A stretch of DNA of 64,000 nucleotides from Dehalococcoidia bacterium (GCA_963662615.2 CAXXSR010000001.1:288001-352000); one strand, 5' to 3'; shown: positions 26,003 through 36,866, counted from the first letter of the stretch. A program made the numbers and translations. The notes: generated by a model from the sequence alone, not told the origin.

Positions 26003-26515
26003 CTAGCCGGAGGCCGAAGCGACGCGCGTTTGAATGTCGCTGTCGGTCTCGACGGAGCCGCCGCTCGCCTCCGCCAACGCCTGTTCCAGCACCTTCCAAG
26101 CCAGCAGCGCGCACTTGATCCGCACGGGAAAGCGGGCCACGCCCTGCAGCGATTCCAAGTCGCCGACGTCGGCGGCGTCGACGTCGAAGCCGTCTTGGGT
26201 GAGCATCGCCTGGACGGCGGCGGAGAGCGCGCGCAGCTCAGCCAGCGACCGTCGCTGCGCCTCCTCGGTCAGCATGGAGGCGGAACTCTGGCTGATGGAG
26301 CAGCCCTGTCCCTGAAAGCGGATGGCGGCGATCTTGTCCCCATTCAGGGTCAGGGCGATCTGGATCTCGTCCCCGCAGGCGGGATTGAAGCCCTCCGCCA
26401 CCACCGACGCGCCCTCCAACGTTCCCTTGTTGCGGGGGCTGCGGTAGTGGTCCAGGATCAGGTCGCGGTAAAGCTCGTCGAACTGGACGGGGTGCTGCGC
26501 TTCTGGGCTGGGCAC
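26003..26515 (-). CDS. sufU: SUF system sulfur-transfer/scaffold protein (NifU-like)
   Basis: LYRDLILDHYRSPRN, NPACGD, GCSISQSSAS, RIKCALLAW. Confidence 0.93.
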   Translation of the reverse strand: MPSPEAQHPVQFDELYRDLILDHYRSPRNKGTLEGASVVAEGFNPACGDEIQIALTLNGDKIAAIRFQGQGCSISQSSASMLTEEAQRRSLAELRALSAAVQAMLTQDGFDVDAADVGDLESLQGVARFPVRIKCALLAWKVLEQALAEASGGSVETDSDIQTRVASASG

Positions 26516-26520
26516 GGCCG

Positions 26521-27786
26521 CTATCCGTCCTTGCCGTCGTAGCCGAACAGCCGCCCGGCCTCGCGCAGAGCGTCGAGGAGCGCATCGACCTCGTCAGGGC
26601 GGTTGTAGAGGTAGAAGCTGGCGCGCGCCGTGGCGGCGACGTCCAGGCTGCGCATGAGCGGCTGGGCGCAGTGGTGCCCGGCGCGAATCGCCACGCCGTA
26701 CCCGTCCAGGATCGTGCTGATGTCGTGGGCGTGAATGTCGAGGTAGTTGAACGCCATCACGGCGCCGCGTTGCTCGGGCTCGCTGGGGCCGTAGACGCGG
26801 ACGCCCTCTAGCGCCTTGAGCCGATCGAGGGCGTAGGCGGCGATCTTGATCTCGTGGGCGCGAACGGCGTCCAGGCCGAGGTTCGTCAAGTAGGTCAGGG
26901 CGGGGCCGAAGGCGATCACGTCGGCGATGTTGGGGGTGCCGGCCTCGAACTTGTGCGGCACCGCGGCCCAGCTGGATTCCTCGCGCGTGACGACGCTGAT
27001 CATCTCGCCGCCTCCCAGGAACGGGTCCAGGTCCTCCAGCAGCTCGCGGCGGCCCCAGAGCACGCCCACCCCAGTGGGTCCGAGCATCTTGTGGGCGGAG
27101 AAGGCGAGGAAGTCGGCGCCCAGCGTGCCAACGTCGACGGGCATGTGGGGGACGCTCTGGGCCCCGTCCACGACCATGATCGCGCCGGCGCTGTGCGCGA
27201 TCGCCGCGATCTCCTCCACGGGGTTGATCGTCCCCAGCACGTTCGACATGTGGACCAAGGAGACGATCTTGGTCCGCGGACCGATCAGGGCGCGGGCCTG
27301 GTCCAGGCTGATGCGGCCGCTGGGGTCCACATCAAGGAAGACGAGCGTCGCGCCCGAGCGTCGGGCGAGGAGCTGCCAGGGGACCAGGTTGGAGTGGTGC
27401 TCCATACCGCTGAGCACGATCTCGTCGCCCGGCTGCAGCCGCTGGCCCAGCGTGTAGGCGAGCAGGTTCAGCGACTCCGTGGTGTTGCGCGTGAAGACGA
27501 TCTCGCGCGCACTGGCGGCGCCGATGAAGGCGGCAACCTGCGTCCGCACCGCCTCATAGGCGGCCGTCGCCTCCTCCGCCAAGGTGTGCAGGCCGCGATG
27601 GATGTTGGCGTTGTTGGTGCTGTAGTAGTGCGTCAGGGCGTCGATGACGGCCTGCGGCTTTTGCGACGTGGCCGCGTTGTCCAGGTAGACCAGGGGATGG
27701 CCGTTGACCTCCCGCGTGAGGATGGGAAAGTCGGCGCGGATGGCGTCAACGTCCAGGGCCGTTGCTTGTTGCACCGTGCTGGTCAC
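26521..27786 (-). CDS. sufS: Cysteine desulfurase
   Basis: YLDNAATSQKP, FSAHKM (PLP lysine), RAGHHCAQP. Confidence 0.96.
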   Translation of the reverse strand: MTSTVQQATALDVDAIRADFPILTREVNGHPLVYLDNAATSQKPQAVIDALTHYYSTNNANIHRGLHTLAEEATAAYEAVRTQVAAFIGAASAREIVFTRNTTESLNLLAYTLGQRLQPGDEIVLSGMEHHSNLVPWQLLARRSGATLVFLDVDPSGRISLDQARALIGPRTKIVSLVHMSNVLGTINPVEEIAAIAHSAGAIMVVDGAQSVPHMPVDVGTLGADFLAFSAHKMLGPTGVGVLWGRRELLEDLDPFLGGGEMISVVTREESSWAAVPHKFEAGTPNIADVIAFGPALTYLTNLGLDAVRAHEIKIAAYALDRLKALEGVRVYGPSEPEQRGAVMAFNYLDIHAHDISTILDGYGVAIRAGHHCAQPLMRSLDVAATARASFYLYNRPDEVDALLDALREAGRLFGYDGKDG

Positions 27787-28106
27787 GGCGCATCCTCAAG
27801 CGCGATCTGCACGTCGTCATCGATGACGCGCACGTCGTAGGCGCGCACGCCGCGCACGGCGGGCAGCGTCTGGGCCGCCCCGCTCTTGACGTCGAACAGC
27901 GCCCCGTGGCGGGGGCATTCGATCTCCTCGCCGCGCAGCGTGCCGTCGCCCAGCGGGCCGCTGTCGTGCGTGCAGACGTTGTCGATGGCGTAGATGCGGT
28001 CGCCGGCGACGTGGCAGAGGGCGATGCTGCGCCCGTTCGTCTCCACGATGCGGGCTTCACCGGCCGGCACGTCGGCAACCTTGGCGACAGTTACGTACTC
28101 GCTCAC
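27783..28106 (-). CDS. Rieske [2Fe-2S] ferredoxin
   Basis: CTH...CPRH Rieske motif; 107 aa; inside the suf operon. Confidence 0.93.
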   Translation of the reverse strand: MSEYVTVAKVADVPAGEARIVETNGRSIALCHVAGDRIYAIDNVCTHDSGPLGDGTLRGEEIECPRHGALFDVKSGAAQTLPAVRGVRAYDVRVIDDDVQIALEDAP

Positions 28107-29457
28107 GCGGCCACTCCCGTATGCAGCTTCTCTTCGATGGCGCGCTCCACGACCTCGCGGGTGTGGGCGTCGGGCAGCCGCTCCACGGCGACCTGGAGGA
28201 AGCCGTGCACCACCATGCGCTCAGCGGTGTCCGGGTCGATGCCACGCGACTGGAGGTAGAAGAGGTGCTCCGGATCGACCGGCCCCACCGCGGCCGCGTG
28301 CGAGCACTTTACGTCGTCCGCCTCGATCTCGAGGATGGGGATGGGGTCGGCGCCGGCGCCCTCGCTGAGGAGGAGATTGCGCAGGGTCTGCGAGGAGCGG
28401 GTCTTCTGGCCCGAAGGGTAGATCTTGATCAGGCCGTACTGGACGGCGTCCGCGTTGTCGTCCAGGGCGCCCTTGATGAGCAGATCGCTGCTGCTGCCGA
28501 CGCCGGTGTGGCTCTGGCGCGTGTCGAACTCGATGTGCTGGTCGCCGGTGCCGACGAAGAGGCCGATCAGGTCGGCGCGGGAGCCGGCGCCCGTGGCGTC
28601 AATCTCCACGCGCTCCTTGTGGAGGCGCGCGCCGAAGGCCGCCGAGGCCAGGAGGACGGTGGCGTAGCGCCCCAGCGAGGCGCGCTCGGTCAGGAAGACG
28701 CTGACATCACGGCCCCACTGCTGCAGCTGGACGACCTGCACCCGGGCCTCGTCCTGCGCCACGATCTCGACCGTGCGGTTGACGAGCGATGCGTCCTCGC
28801 CATCCACGTCGCCGTCGCCGGCCTCATCGCCGGTGGCGGCCGCTTCCACCATCGTCACGGCGCTCCCCTCCGCCGCCACGATCAAGGTGTGGCCGAACAG
28901 GCCCAGCCCCCCGCGCTCTTGCTGAGGAGGTGGTAGAGCGTGGGCTCCACCACCACGCCGCGAGGGACATAGCAGAAGAGGCCCTGCGTCCAGAGGGCGG
29001 CGCTGAGGGCGGTGAAGCGGTCATAGTCGATCGGCGCGACCGTGTTCAGGTGGGCCCGGACGAGGGGCTCATGCTCGCGCGCCGCGATCGAGAGGGGTGC
29101 GAGGAGAACGCCCTTCCGCTCCAGCTCCTGCGAGAGTTCCAAGTGCGTCACGGCGTTGTCCACGTGGGCCAGGAGCCCACCCCGGGTGGGGCCCGCCAGC
29201 GAGAGCAGGTCGGGCGTGGGGACGGCCGTGCGGCCGAGCGGGATACGGTACCGCTCCAGGGGGACATCGCTGAGGGGTGTGCGGCGCCACTCCTCCTCCT
29301 GGCCGCTGGGCCATTGCAGCTCCTCGTACGTGCGCAGGGCGGAGAGGCGGTGCTGGCGCAGCCACGGCGGCTCGTCCAGGGAGCGGGAGACGGCATCGAC
29401 CAGATCGCCGGTTGGCCGGGCGGTCAGTGATTCCTCGAGCACCGCTGCGTTCGTCAC
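28103..29457 (-). CDS. sufD: Fe-S cluster assembly protein SufD, apparently frameshifted at a homopolymer (28907-28912)
   Basis: N-terminal ORF (EEWRRT...) and C-terminal ORF (PILEIEADDVKCSHAA, FYLQSRGI) join if one G is added to the G6 run, giving KSAGGLGLFGHTLIVAAEG. Confidence 0.88.
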
Positions 29458-29591
29458 GGTCCTACTTTCGCTTCACGGTCGCGAAGCGCCCGCGGCCAAC
29501 CGCGCGTCCTTCCCGCAGGAGGACGACCGCCGCCGGCGGGGCTTTTCTAGCCTGCCGCATTCGTATGGCGTTTGCCCGCCTAGCCGCCCGC

Positions 29592-31001
29592 CTAGCCGAT
29601 AGCGCCTTCCATCTGCAGCTCCACCAGGCGGTTCAGCTCCACCGCGTATTCCATGGGCAGCTCTTTGATCACCGGTTCCACGAAGCCGTTGACGATCATC
29701 TTGGCGGCCTGCTCTTCCGTGAGCCCGCGCGACATCAGGTAGAAGAGCTGTTCCTCGCCCAACTTGGAGACCGTGGCCTCATGGCCGATCGAAACGCGCT
29801 TCTCGTCGATCTCCATGGTCGGGTAGGTGTCCGAGCGCGACTTGTCGTCCAGCATGAGGGCGTCGCAACGGACGGTGGCGCGCACGTCGGTGGCGCCCTC
29901 ATAGACCTTGAGGAGGCCGCGGTAGGAGGTGCGCCCGCCGTCGATGGCGAGGCTCTTGCTGTTGATCACCGACGTGGTGCTCGGCGCGGCGTGGACCATC
30001 TTGGCGCCGGCGTCTTGATGCTGCCCCTTGCCGGCGAAGGCGAGCGACAGCACCTCGCCGTGAGCGCCCGGCCCCATCAGGTAGACCGAGGGGTACTTCA
30101 TGGTCAGCTTGCTGCCGAGGTTGCCGTCCACCCAGGTCATGACGGCGTCCTCTTGTGCGACGGCCCGCTTGGTGACGAGGTTGTAGACGTTGTTGGACCA
30201 GTTCTGAATGGTGGTGTAGCGGACCTTGGCGCCGGGCTTGACGATGATCTCCACGACCGCGCTGTGGAGCGAGTCGCTGGAGTAGACGGGCGCGGTGCAG
30301 CCTTCCACGTAGTGCACCTCCGAGCCCGGCTCGGCGATGATGATGGTCCGCTCAAACTGGCCCATGTCCTCCGAGTTGATGCGGAAGTAGGCCTGCAGGG
30401 GGACATCCACCTTCACGCCCTCCGGCACCCAGATGAAGGAGCCGCCGGACCAGACGGCCGTGTTCAGCGCCGCGAACTTGTTGTCGTTGACGGGGATGAG
30501 GCGGGCGAAGTGCTCGCGGAAGAGATCTTCGTGCTCCTGCAGGCCCTGGTCGGCGCCCATGAAGATGACGCCCTTCTCTTCCAGGTCCTTGCGGATGTTG
30601 TGGTAGACCACCTCGGAGTCGTACTGGGCGCCCACGCCGGCCAGCAGCCCCTTCTTCTCCGCCTCCGGGATGCCGAGCTTGTCGTAGGTGTCGCGGATGT
30701 AGTCGGGGACGTCATCCCAGGACTGCTCGTCGCGGTCGGTGGCGCGGACGAAGTAGTGGATCTGATCGAAGTCGAGGTCGTTGAGGTGGCCGCCCCACTG
30801 CGGCATGGGCCGTTCCAGGAAATGCTCTAGCCCGCGCAGCCGCAGCTCCCGCATCCAGTCCGGCTCACTCTTGAGGTCCGAGATGGTGTTGACCACCTCG
30901 CGGCTGAGCCCCTTGGGCAGCTTGAGCAGCGCCTCTTCCTTGTCGTGGAAGCCGAACTCGTAGGCCGCCTTGCTGATTGGGGGCTTGCTTGCCGTTGTCA
31001 T
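29592..31001 (-). CDS. sufB: Fe-S cluster assembly protein SufB
   Basis: [43 protein letters not shown]. Confidence 0.97.
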   Translation of the reverse strand: MTTASKPPISKAAYEFGFHDKEEALLKLPKGLSREVVNTISDLKSEPDWMRELRLRGLEHFLERPMPQWGGHLNDLDFDQIHYFVRATDRDEQSWDDVPDYIRDTYDKLGIPEAEKKGLLAGVGAQYDSEVVYHNIRKDLEEKGVIFMGADQGLQEHEDLFREHFARLIPVNDNKFAALNTAVWSGGSFIWVPEGVKVDVPLQAYFRINSEDMGQFERTIIIAEPGSEVHYVEGCTAPVYSSDSLHSAVVEIIVKPGAKVRYTTIQNWSNNVYNLVTKRAVAQEDAVMTWVDGNLGSKLTMKYPSVYLMGPGAHGEVLSLAFAGKGQHQDAGAKMVHAAPSTTSVINSKSLAIDGGRTSYRGLLKVYEGATDVRATVRCDALMLDDKSRSDTYPTMEIDEKRVSIGHEATVSKLGEEQLFYLMSRGLTEEQAAKMIVNGFVEPVIKELPMEYAVELNRLVELQMEGAIG

Positions 31002-31771
31002 GACGCAATGGCTCCTTCCGCCGCAGCGACTTCCTCAAGGATGGGGTCGTAGCCCTCGGCTTCTAGCTGTTCGGCCAAACTGAAGTCCCCCGACCGCACG
31101 ATGCGACCAGCGGCCAGCACGTGGACCCTGTCCGGGTGGACGTAGTTGAGCATGCGCTGATAGTGCGTGATCAGGAGTATGCCGTTGCTCTCCCCGTGGA
31201 AGGCGTTGATGCCCTCCGCCACGATGCGCAAGGCATCGATATCCAGGCCGGAGTCGGTCTCGTCCATGATCGCCATCTCCGGCTGGAGCAGGCCCAACTG
31301 CAGGATCTCGGCCCGCTTTTTCTCGCCGCCGGAGAAGCCGTCATTGACGTAGCGCCGGACGAACTGCTCGTCCATGTGGAGCGTCGTCAGGGCGGCCTGG
31401 AGCTGCTGGCGGAACTCCCGTACCGGGATCTCCTGGCCGCGACGGGCGCTGACGGCGCGGCGCAGGAAGTTGATCATGGAGACGCCGGGCACGTCGGTGG
31501 GGTACTGAAAGGCGAGAAAGAGCCCCCGGCGCGCGCGCTTGTCGGGGCTCTCTTTGAGGATGCTCTCCCCCTTGAAGCGGACGTCGCCGTCGGTCACGCG
31601 ATAGCGCGGGTGTCCCAGCAGGGCGTTGGCCAGCGTGCTCTTGCCGGAGCCGTTCGGTCCCATGATGGCGTGGACCTCGCCGGCGTCCACGCGCAAGGAG
31701 AGCCCCTTGACGATGGGCTTGTTCCCCACGTTGACGTGCAAGTCGTCGATCTCAAAGAGCGGCGTGCTCAT
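30998..31771 (-). CDS. sufC: Fe-S cluster assembly ATPase
   Basis: [35 protein letters not shown]. Confidence 0.97.
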   Translation of the reverse strand: MSTPLFEIDDLHVNVGNKPIVKGLSLRVDAGEVHAIMGPNGSGKSTLANALLGHPRYRVTDGDVRFKGESILKESPDKRARRGLFLAFQYPTDVPGVSMINFLRRAVSARRGQEIPVREFRQQLQAALTTLHMDEQFVRRYVNDGFSGGEKKRAEILQLGLLQPEMAIMDETDSGLDIDALRIVAEGINAFHGESNGILLITHYQRMLNYVHPDRVHVLAAGRIVRSGDFSLAEQLEAEGYDPILEEVAAAEGAIAS

Positions 31772-32472
31772 GGCCGGGCCACGTCTCCCTTATCTGTCTC
31801 GCCCTTTGATTTGCCCGCGCGGTTCGATTTGCCCGAGCCCGTAGTGGCGCCCGCGATATCGGCGGCCTCCACGACGTACTCGCAGGCGCGGTCGCCGTGG
31901 ACCAGGCTGCCTATCTGCTCCACCGGCACGCCGATCAGCTTCTCGATCGTGAGGCGGTCGGACTCACAGAGGCAGTCGCTGGCGTCGGCGGCGTCGCGAT
32001 AGGGGCAGCCGTGGCTATGGAGCCGGAATCCCGCCGCCGTGCGCTCCCAACCGTCCAAGATCCCCTCGCCGCGAAGCGCGGCCACGGTGCTGGCCACGCG
32101 CTCCTCCAGGGGGGCGTCGTTGGGGACATCGTCGCGGTGCTCGGCCGCCATCTGCGTCGCCAGCCCCTCGGCGACCCGCTGCGGCCCTTCGCTGCTCCGC
32201 TCGACCTGCTCGATCAGCCGCGCAGCCAAGCCGGCGGAGTGGTCGCGCTGACTGCGCACTCCGGCGTCGGTGGCCTTGTAGAGGCGGAAGGGGCGGCCGC
32301 GGCGCTGGCGCACGGTGTCCGCCGTGACGAGCCCGTGCGCCTCCAGCCTGTCCAGATGGCGCCGGACCGTCGCGTCGGCCAGTTGGAGCGCGCCCGCCAA
32401 GGCCGCGACGGTGGCGCCTCCGTGCGTCACAATGTGGGCCAGCACCTCTGTGCGCGTGTCTGGCACAGGCAT
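31768..32472 (-). CDS. sufR: SufR-like ArsR/HTH transcriptional regulator
   Basis: HTH ATVRRHLDRLE, GRP..Y; Cys motif CP..C..E..C; first gene of the suf operon. Start at 32472 is preferred because the ATG at 32517 overlaps the predicted -10. Confidence 0.82.
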   Translation of the reverse strand: MPVPDTRTEVLAHIVTHGGATVAALAGALQLADATVRRHLDRLEAHGLVTADTVRQRRGRPFRLYKATDAGVRSQRDHSAGLAARLIEQVERSSEGPQRVAEGLATQMAAEHRDDVPNDAPLEERVASTVAALRGEGILDGWERTAAGFRLHSHGCPYRDAADASDCLCESDRLTIEKLIGVPVEQIGSLVHGDRACEYVVEAADIAGATTGSGKSNRAGKSKGETDKGDVARP

Positions 32473-32515
32473 CGTCGCTCTTGTTCTCAGAAGGGTTCGC
32501 CCTCTCTTCTCACCC

Positions 32516-32544
32516 ATCGTCGTGTTTCTCAGTATTTTTGTCAA
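32516..32544 (-). promoter_or_regulatory. Sigma70-type promoter of the suf operon
   Basis: TTGACA-N17-GACGAT on the minus strand, within an AT-rich island. Confidence 0.6.
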
Positions 32545-32619
32545 TAAATCGTTATAAACCCATCGCGCGGCGGCCCGGGGGAGGGCGGCGGCGGCCATAG
32601 TCGAGGCGCCGCGAGGGCG

Positions 32620-33399
32620 TTAGCGAGCAGCGTGCGCAAGCAGGTCCAGGCGGAGCCCGTCCCTGGCCAGGGCCAGCGGACCCCCGTAGTGTCGGCGGCC
32701 GGCGCTCTCGACCTTGGCGAGGTCCGTTCCATACCAGAAATGGGTGAGCAGCAGGCGACGGGCCGCGGCCGCGGCCGCCATGGCCGCCGCCTCCTCTGGT
32801 GTGCAGTGGCCTTTGACGTCCCCGCGCTCCGACTCGGCCAGCGTCGCCTCGCACAGGAACAGGTCGCAATCACGGGCGAGTTCCGTGACCGTCTCGCAGG
32901 GGGCCGTGTCGCCCGAGTAGGTCAGGCAGGCGCTGCCGTCGATCCGAATCGCCCAGGCGGGAATGTAGTGCGCCGTGGGCGCGAAGCGGACGCGCAGGGG
33001 CCCCAACTCCAGGGTTGCGGCCGGATCGTATTCGCGGATGCGAAAGGTGTTGCTGCAGAAGTCGCCGGGGAAGGTCACAGCCTCCAGGATCACCTTGAGC
33101 GTGGCGACGCCCCCGGGCGGCAGATGCAGGGTGGTGCGGGGCTCCCCCTGCGCGAGGCCGGCCATGTCGCGCGTGACGCGGAAGCGCAGCGGCAGCACGT
33201 CAATGAAGTGATCGGCGTGCATGTGGCTGATGATGATGTGGTCCAGGCCAAAGGCGGGGCGGGCCTTGAGGAGCGCCGAGGCGACCCCTTGGCCGCAGTC
33301 CAAGAGGATGGATTGGCCCCCGTCGGTGAGCAAGTATCCGGAGCTGTTCTGGCCTCCGGGGGGACAGGCGGCGCCCGAGCCGAGAACTGTCAGTCGCAT
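32620..33399 (-). CDS. MBL-fold metallo-hydrolase (RNase Z/YhfI-like)
   Basis: MRLTVLGSG, LLDCG, SHMHADH, YSGDT, LCEAT, LTHF. Confidence 0.9.
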   Translation of the reverse strand: MRLTVLGSGAACPPGGQNSSGYLLTDGGQSILLDCGQGVASALLKARPAFGLDHIIISHMHADHFIDVLPLRFRVTRDMAGLAQGEPRTTLHLPPGGVATLKVILEAVTFPGDFCSNTFRIREYDPAATLELGPLRVRFAPTAHYIPAWAIRIDGSACLTYSGDTAPCETVTELARDCDLFLCEATLAESERGDVKGHCTPEEAAAMAAAAAARRLLLTHFWYGTDLAKVESAGRRHYGGPLALARDGLRLDLLAHAAR

Positions 33400-33648
33400 G
33401 CTGTACGCATGGATCGACCGCCCGTCTGCGGCCGCCGCGCGGCGACCGCCGAAGCGCCCCGCCCGGCAGCCCGTCGCGGGAGCCGCGCGGAGGATGATCG
33501 CGCCGTAGCGGCGGCGCCGGCCACAACCGGGCGCGAGCGTACGGGCCCGCGGCGGGACCGTCAATCAAGCCTGCGACGCAGGCCCGATTCCGCGGCCGAC
33601 TGTCCAGACCGGGCGCCCGCTGCGCCGCGCGTGGGAGAATGCGCGGCA

Positions 33649-33960
33649 ATGAGCCTCACCCGCGCCGCCGCCAGTGCCGAGGTCGCGCCGCTGTCGCGGC
33701 CTGGGAGCGAGATCGAGGCGGTCACGCTGCCGCCCTACGCGGTCATGCTCCACAACGATGACGTCAATTCCATGAACCACGTGGTGGCGTCGCTGGTGGC
33801 TTGTGTGCCGGAGCTGGCGCCGGAGGAGGCAGTCGCGGTGATGCTGGAGGCGCACAACAACGACGTGGCGCGCGTGCTGGTCTGCCCGCTGGAGCGGGCG
33901 GAGTTGTATCGCGATCGTCTGGTGGGACGGGGCCTGACGGCCACGGTGGAGCGGGCGTGA
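33649..33960 (+). CDS. clpS: ATP-dependent Clp protease adaptor ClpS
   Basis: YAVMLHNDDVNSMNHVV, MLEAH, ERAELY, GLTATVE. Confidence 0.88.
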   Translation: MSLTRAAASAEVAPLSRPGSEIEAVTLPPYAVMLHNDDVNSMNHVVASLVACVPELAPEEAVAVMLEAHNNDVARVLVCPLERAELYRDRLVGRGLTATVERA

Positions 33961-34005
33961 AGCCGCGCCCGCTCTGGGCCGGCGAGCCTGCGCAGGAACG
34001 GGAAG

Positions 34006-34026
34006 CAGGGCCGGGGCCGGCCCCGC
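34006..34026 (-). terminator. Possible terminator hairpin between convergent clpS and glnK
   Basis: Minus strand GCGGGGCCG-GCCC-CGGCCCTGC followed by TTCC. Confidence 0.35.
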
Positions 34027-34057
34027 TCTTGGCGCCGTGGGGAGAGCCGGTTCCCTG

Positions 34058-34399
34058 CTAGAGGACCGCCTCGCCCCGTTCGCCGGTGCGGACGCGGACG
34101 GCCTCTTCCACCGGGCTCACGAAGATCTTGCCGTCACCGATGTTGCCGGTCTTGGCGGCGTCCACGATCAGTTCGACGATTCGTTCCCGATCCGCGTCTT
34201 TGACCACGATGGTCAGTTTGACCTTGGGCAGCATGTCGATGACGTACGACTCGCCCCCGCGCCCGCTGTGAATGACCCCGCGCTGGGCGCCTCGGCCTGT
34301 GACGTTCGCCACGTGGAGCCCCGCGAAGCCCGCTTGGGTGAGTGCGGATTTGGCCTGCTCCAAGCGCTCCGGCCTGATGATCGCTTCGATCTTCTTCAT
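34058..34399 (-). CDS. glnK: P-II family nitrogen regulator
   Basis: MKKIEAIIRP, VTGRGAQRG, TGNIGDGKIFVSPVE..VRVRTGE; downstream of amtB. Confidence 0.95.
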   Translation of the reverse strand: MKKIEAIIRPERLEQAKSALTQAGFAGLHVANVTGRGAQRGVIHSGRGGESYVIDMLPKVKLTIVVKDADRERIVELIVDAAKTGNIGDGKIFVSPVEEAVRVRTGERGEAVL

Positions 34400-34404
34400 T
34401 GCGG

Positions 34405-35769
34405 CTAGGCCCCTTCCGGCGGATTCGTCGCGGGCGGCTCCGGCGCCGGTCGTGGTACCGCGGGCGCCGGGCCCTCTATCACGGTAGAGACACCACCGGA
34501 GTAGAACGGGTGTCCGCCCGGCTCATCGTACTGGTAGGCGGGCTCGCCGTGCTGAGTGCGGTCGAGGCCGGTCAGCTCCTCTTCTTCGCTCACGCGCAGG
34601 CCCATGACCCGCTTGAGGACGAGGAGGATGCCCGCGGTCATGACGAAAGACCAGCCGATGGTGGCGCCCATGGCCGCGAGCTGGCGCCAGAGCTGGTCCG
34701 CTTCGCCCGCAATGAGGCCGTCAGTGCCGCCAATGACGGCGACGGTGAAGATGCCGGTGGCGAAGGCGCCCCAGAGGCCGCAGACGCCGTGCACGGCAAA
34801 GACGTCGAGGGTGTCATCCAACTGTCGCACTCGCGAAAGCAGGCGCACGGCGTAGAAGCCCAAGACGCTGGCCATGGCTCCAATGATCAGAGCCGGGAAG
34901 GCGTTGGCGTAGCCGTCGCTGGCGGGCCATGCCCCGACGAAGCCGGCGGCCGGGGTGATCGCCACCAGGCCGGCGACCACGCCCGTGGCCACGCCCACCA
35001 CGGACGGCTTGCCGGTGTGCAGCCAGGACAGCGCCAGCCAGGCGAGGCCGCCCATGGCCGCGGCGGTGTTGGTGGTGACGAAGGCGTTGGCGGCGGAGCC
35101 GTCGGCGACGAGGGCCGAGCCGGCGTTGAAGCCGAACCAGCCGAACCAGAGGAAGGCGGCGCCCAGAACCACCATGGGGACGTCGTGGGGAACGGTCTCG
35201 CGGCGGATGCCGCCACGGCGGCCAATGATGATCGCCGCGGCCAGCGCCGCCACGCCGGCGTTGATGTGGACCACGGTGCCACCGGCGTAGTCCAGGGCCT
35301 CCAGCTCGGTGCCAATCCAGCCACCGCCCCAGACCCAGTGGGCCACGGGCGAGTAGACCAAGGTGACCCAGAGCGTTGTGAAAACCAGGAAGGTGCTGAA
35401 CTTGAACCGCTCTGCGAAGGCGCCCGTGATCAGCGCCGGCGTGATGATGGCGAACATCATCTGGAACGCCATGTAGACCAAGTGCGGGATCGTGTCGGAA
35501 TACGGCCCCGCCTCCATCCCTACGTTACGCAGGCCGAACCATTCCAGGTTGCCAATGAAGCCGCCTTGGTCCGGTCCGAAGGCGAGGCTGTAGGCCCACA
35601 GCACCCAGACCACGCTGACCAGCGCCACGATCACGAAGCTGTGCATGACGGTGCCGGCGGCGTTCTTGCCCCGGACCAGCCCGCCGTAGAAGAACGCAAG
35701 CCCCGGCGTCATCAGCAACACCAAGGCCGAGGCGACGAGGATCCACGCGGTATCGCCGGAATCAATCAT
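34405..35769 (-). CDS. amtB: Ammonium transporter
   Basis: MTPGLAFFYGG, FQMMFAIIT, DYAGGTVVH, WFGWFGFNAGS, DDTLDVFAVHG. Confidence 0.97.
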   Translation of the reverse strand: MIDSGDTAWILVASALVLLMTPGLAFFYGGLVRGKNAAGTVMHSFVIVALVSVVWVLWAYSLAFGPDQGGFIGNLEWFGLRNVGMEAGPYSDTIPHLVYMAFQMMFAIITPALITGAFAERFKFSTFLVFTTLWVTLVYSPVAHWVWGGGWIGTELEALDYAGGTVVHINAGVAALAAAIIIGRRGGIRRETVPHDVPMVVLGAAFLWFGWFGFNAGSALVADGSAANAFVTTNTAAAMGGLAWLALSWLHTGKPSVVGVATGVVAGLVAITPAAGFVGAWPASDGYANAFPALIIGAMASVLGFYAVRLLSRVRQLDDTLDVFAVHGVCGLWGAFATGIFTVAVIGGTDGLIAGEADQLWRQLAAMGATIGWSFVMTAGILLVLKRVMGLRVSEEEELTGLDRTQHGEPAYQYDEPGGHPFYSGGVSTVIEGPAPAVPRPAPEPPATNPPEGA

Positions 35770-35883
35770 GGCGCCTTCTCCCCTTGCTCCATCCCTCCAG
35801 CCGGGGGCCGCGCCGTGTGGCGCAGGTCCGCTCTGGGGAGGAGCATGTCTGCTGGCATTGAAAGGGATCCGCTGGGAAACGCG

Positions 35884-35922
35884 GTTACGGGCAGGTTAGG
35901 AGCGCGTTACATCCACGTTAAC
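35884..35922. promoter_or_regulatory. Four phased 11-bp direct repeats (GlnR/OmpR-type boxes) upstream of amtB
   Basis: GTTA at 35884, 35895, 35906 and 35917; minus strand reads TTAAC-n6-GTAAC-n6-CTAAC-n6-GTAAC. Confidence 0.7.
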
Positions 35923-36067
35923 GGGTAAAACGCCAGGTCCAGCGCCACGAACCGGATTGCCCCGATCAGCGCGCCCGCCGATTCCCTGAGACCGGCCGTG
36001 ACGCGCTTGAGCGCGCGGCGCTGCTCCCCGGGGCCGGCGGCAGAGGCCGTGATAGAATCGCGCCACG

Positions 36068-36751
36068 ATGGCGCTGACCCCGACGGCCGAGGATTACCTT
36101 CAGGCGATCGATTCGCTGGAGAGCGAGGGCGGTGAGGTCATTGGGGCGCGCCTGTCCGAGCGGCTGCGCGTGTCGCCGGCGTCGGTCTCGCAGACCATTG
36201 AGCGGATGGTGCGCCAGAGCCTGGTGGAGGTGGGCGCGGACCATCGTATCGTCTTGACGGAGCCGGGGCGCGCGGCCGCGAACACCATCATTCGCCGGCA
36301 CCGTCTCACCGAGCGCTTCCTGACGGACGTGCTGCACATGGACTGGGTGCGGGCGCACGAGGAGGCGCACCGCCTGGAGCACGCCATCAGCGACGAGGTG
36401 GAGGCGCGGCTCTCGGAGCTGCTGCAGCATCCCGAAACCTGTCCCCACGGCGCGCCGATCCCGGGCAATTTCCCCGAAGGCGGCGACGAGCATTGGGTGC
36501 TCCTGGCGTCTCTGGCGCCGGGACAGACGGCGACGATCGTGCGGGTTTCCGAGCTGGTGGAAGATGACCCCGAACTCCTGCGTTATTGCGCGGCCAAGAA
36601 TCTGCGACCGGGAGTCGCCATCTCCATTCAAGAGCGAGGGCCGGACGGCCTCTCGCTGCTGGAGGTGGAGGGGCGGCAGGTGGCGGTGACCAGCCGGCTC
36701 AGCGCGCACATCTTCTGCCGCCAGGACGTGGGCGCGACCGTTTCCGCGTAG
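36068..36751 (+). CDS. DtxR/IdeR/MntR-family metal-dependent repressor with FeoA-like C-terminal domain
   Basis: EDYLQAI, VSPASVS, RRHRLTERFL, HEEAHRLEHAIS, CPHGAPIP; extended -10 TGATAGAAT upstream. Confidence 0.93.
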   Translation: MALTPTAEDYLQAIDSLESEGGEVIGARLSERLRVSPASVSQTIERMVRQSLVEVGADHRIVLTEPGRAAANTIIRRHRLTERFLTDVLHMDWVRAHEEAHRLEHAISDEVEARLSELLQHPETCPHGAPIPGNFPEGGDEHWVLLASLAPGQTATIVRVSELVEDDPELLRYCAAKNLRPGVAISIQERGPDGLSLLEVEGRQVAVTSRLSAHIFCRQDVGATVSA

Positions 36752-36866
36752 CCGAGTCGCCGCGCTTTCCCCGTCGACGGCCAGCATGGGCGCGCGCTAC
36801 CGTTGGGCGGCTGCGGGGCCGGGGGTGCGCGCGGCTTCGGCGGAGCGGGGAAGGGACGCGCCCTCC

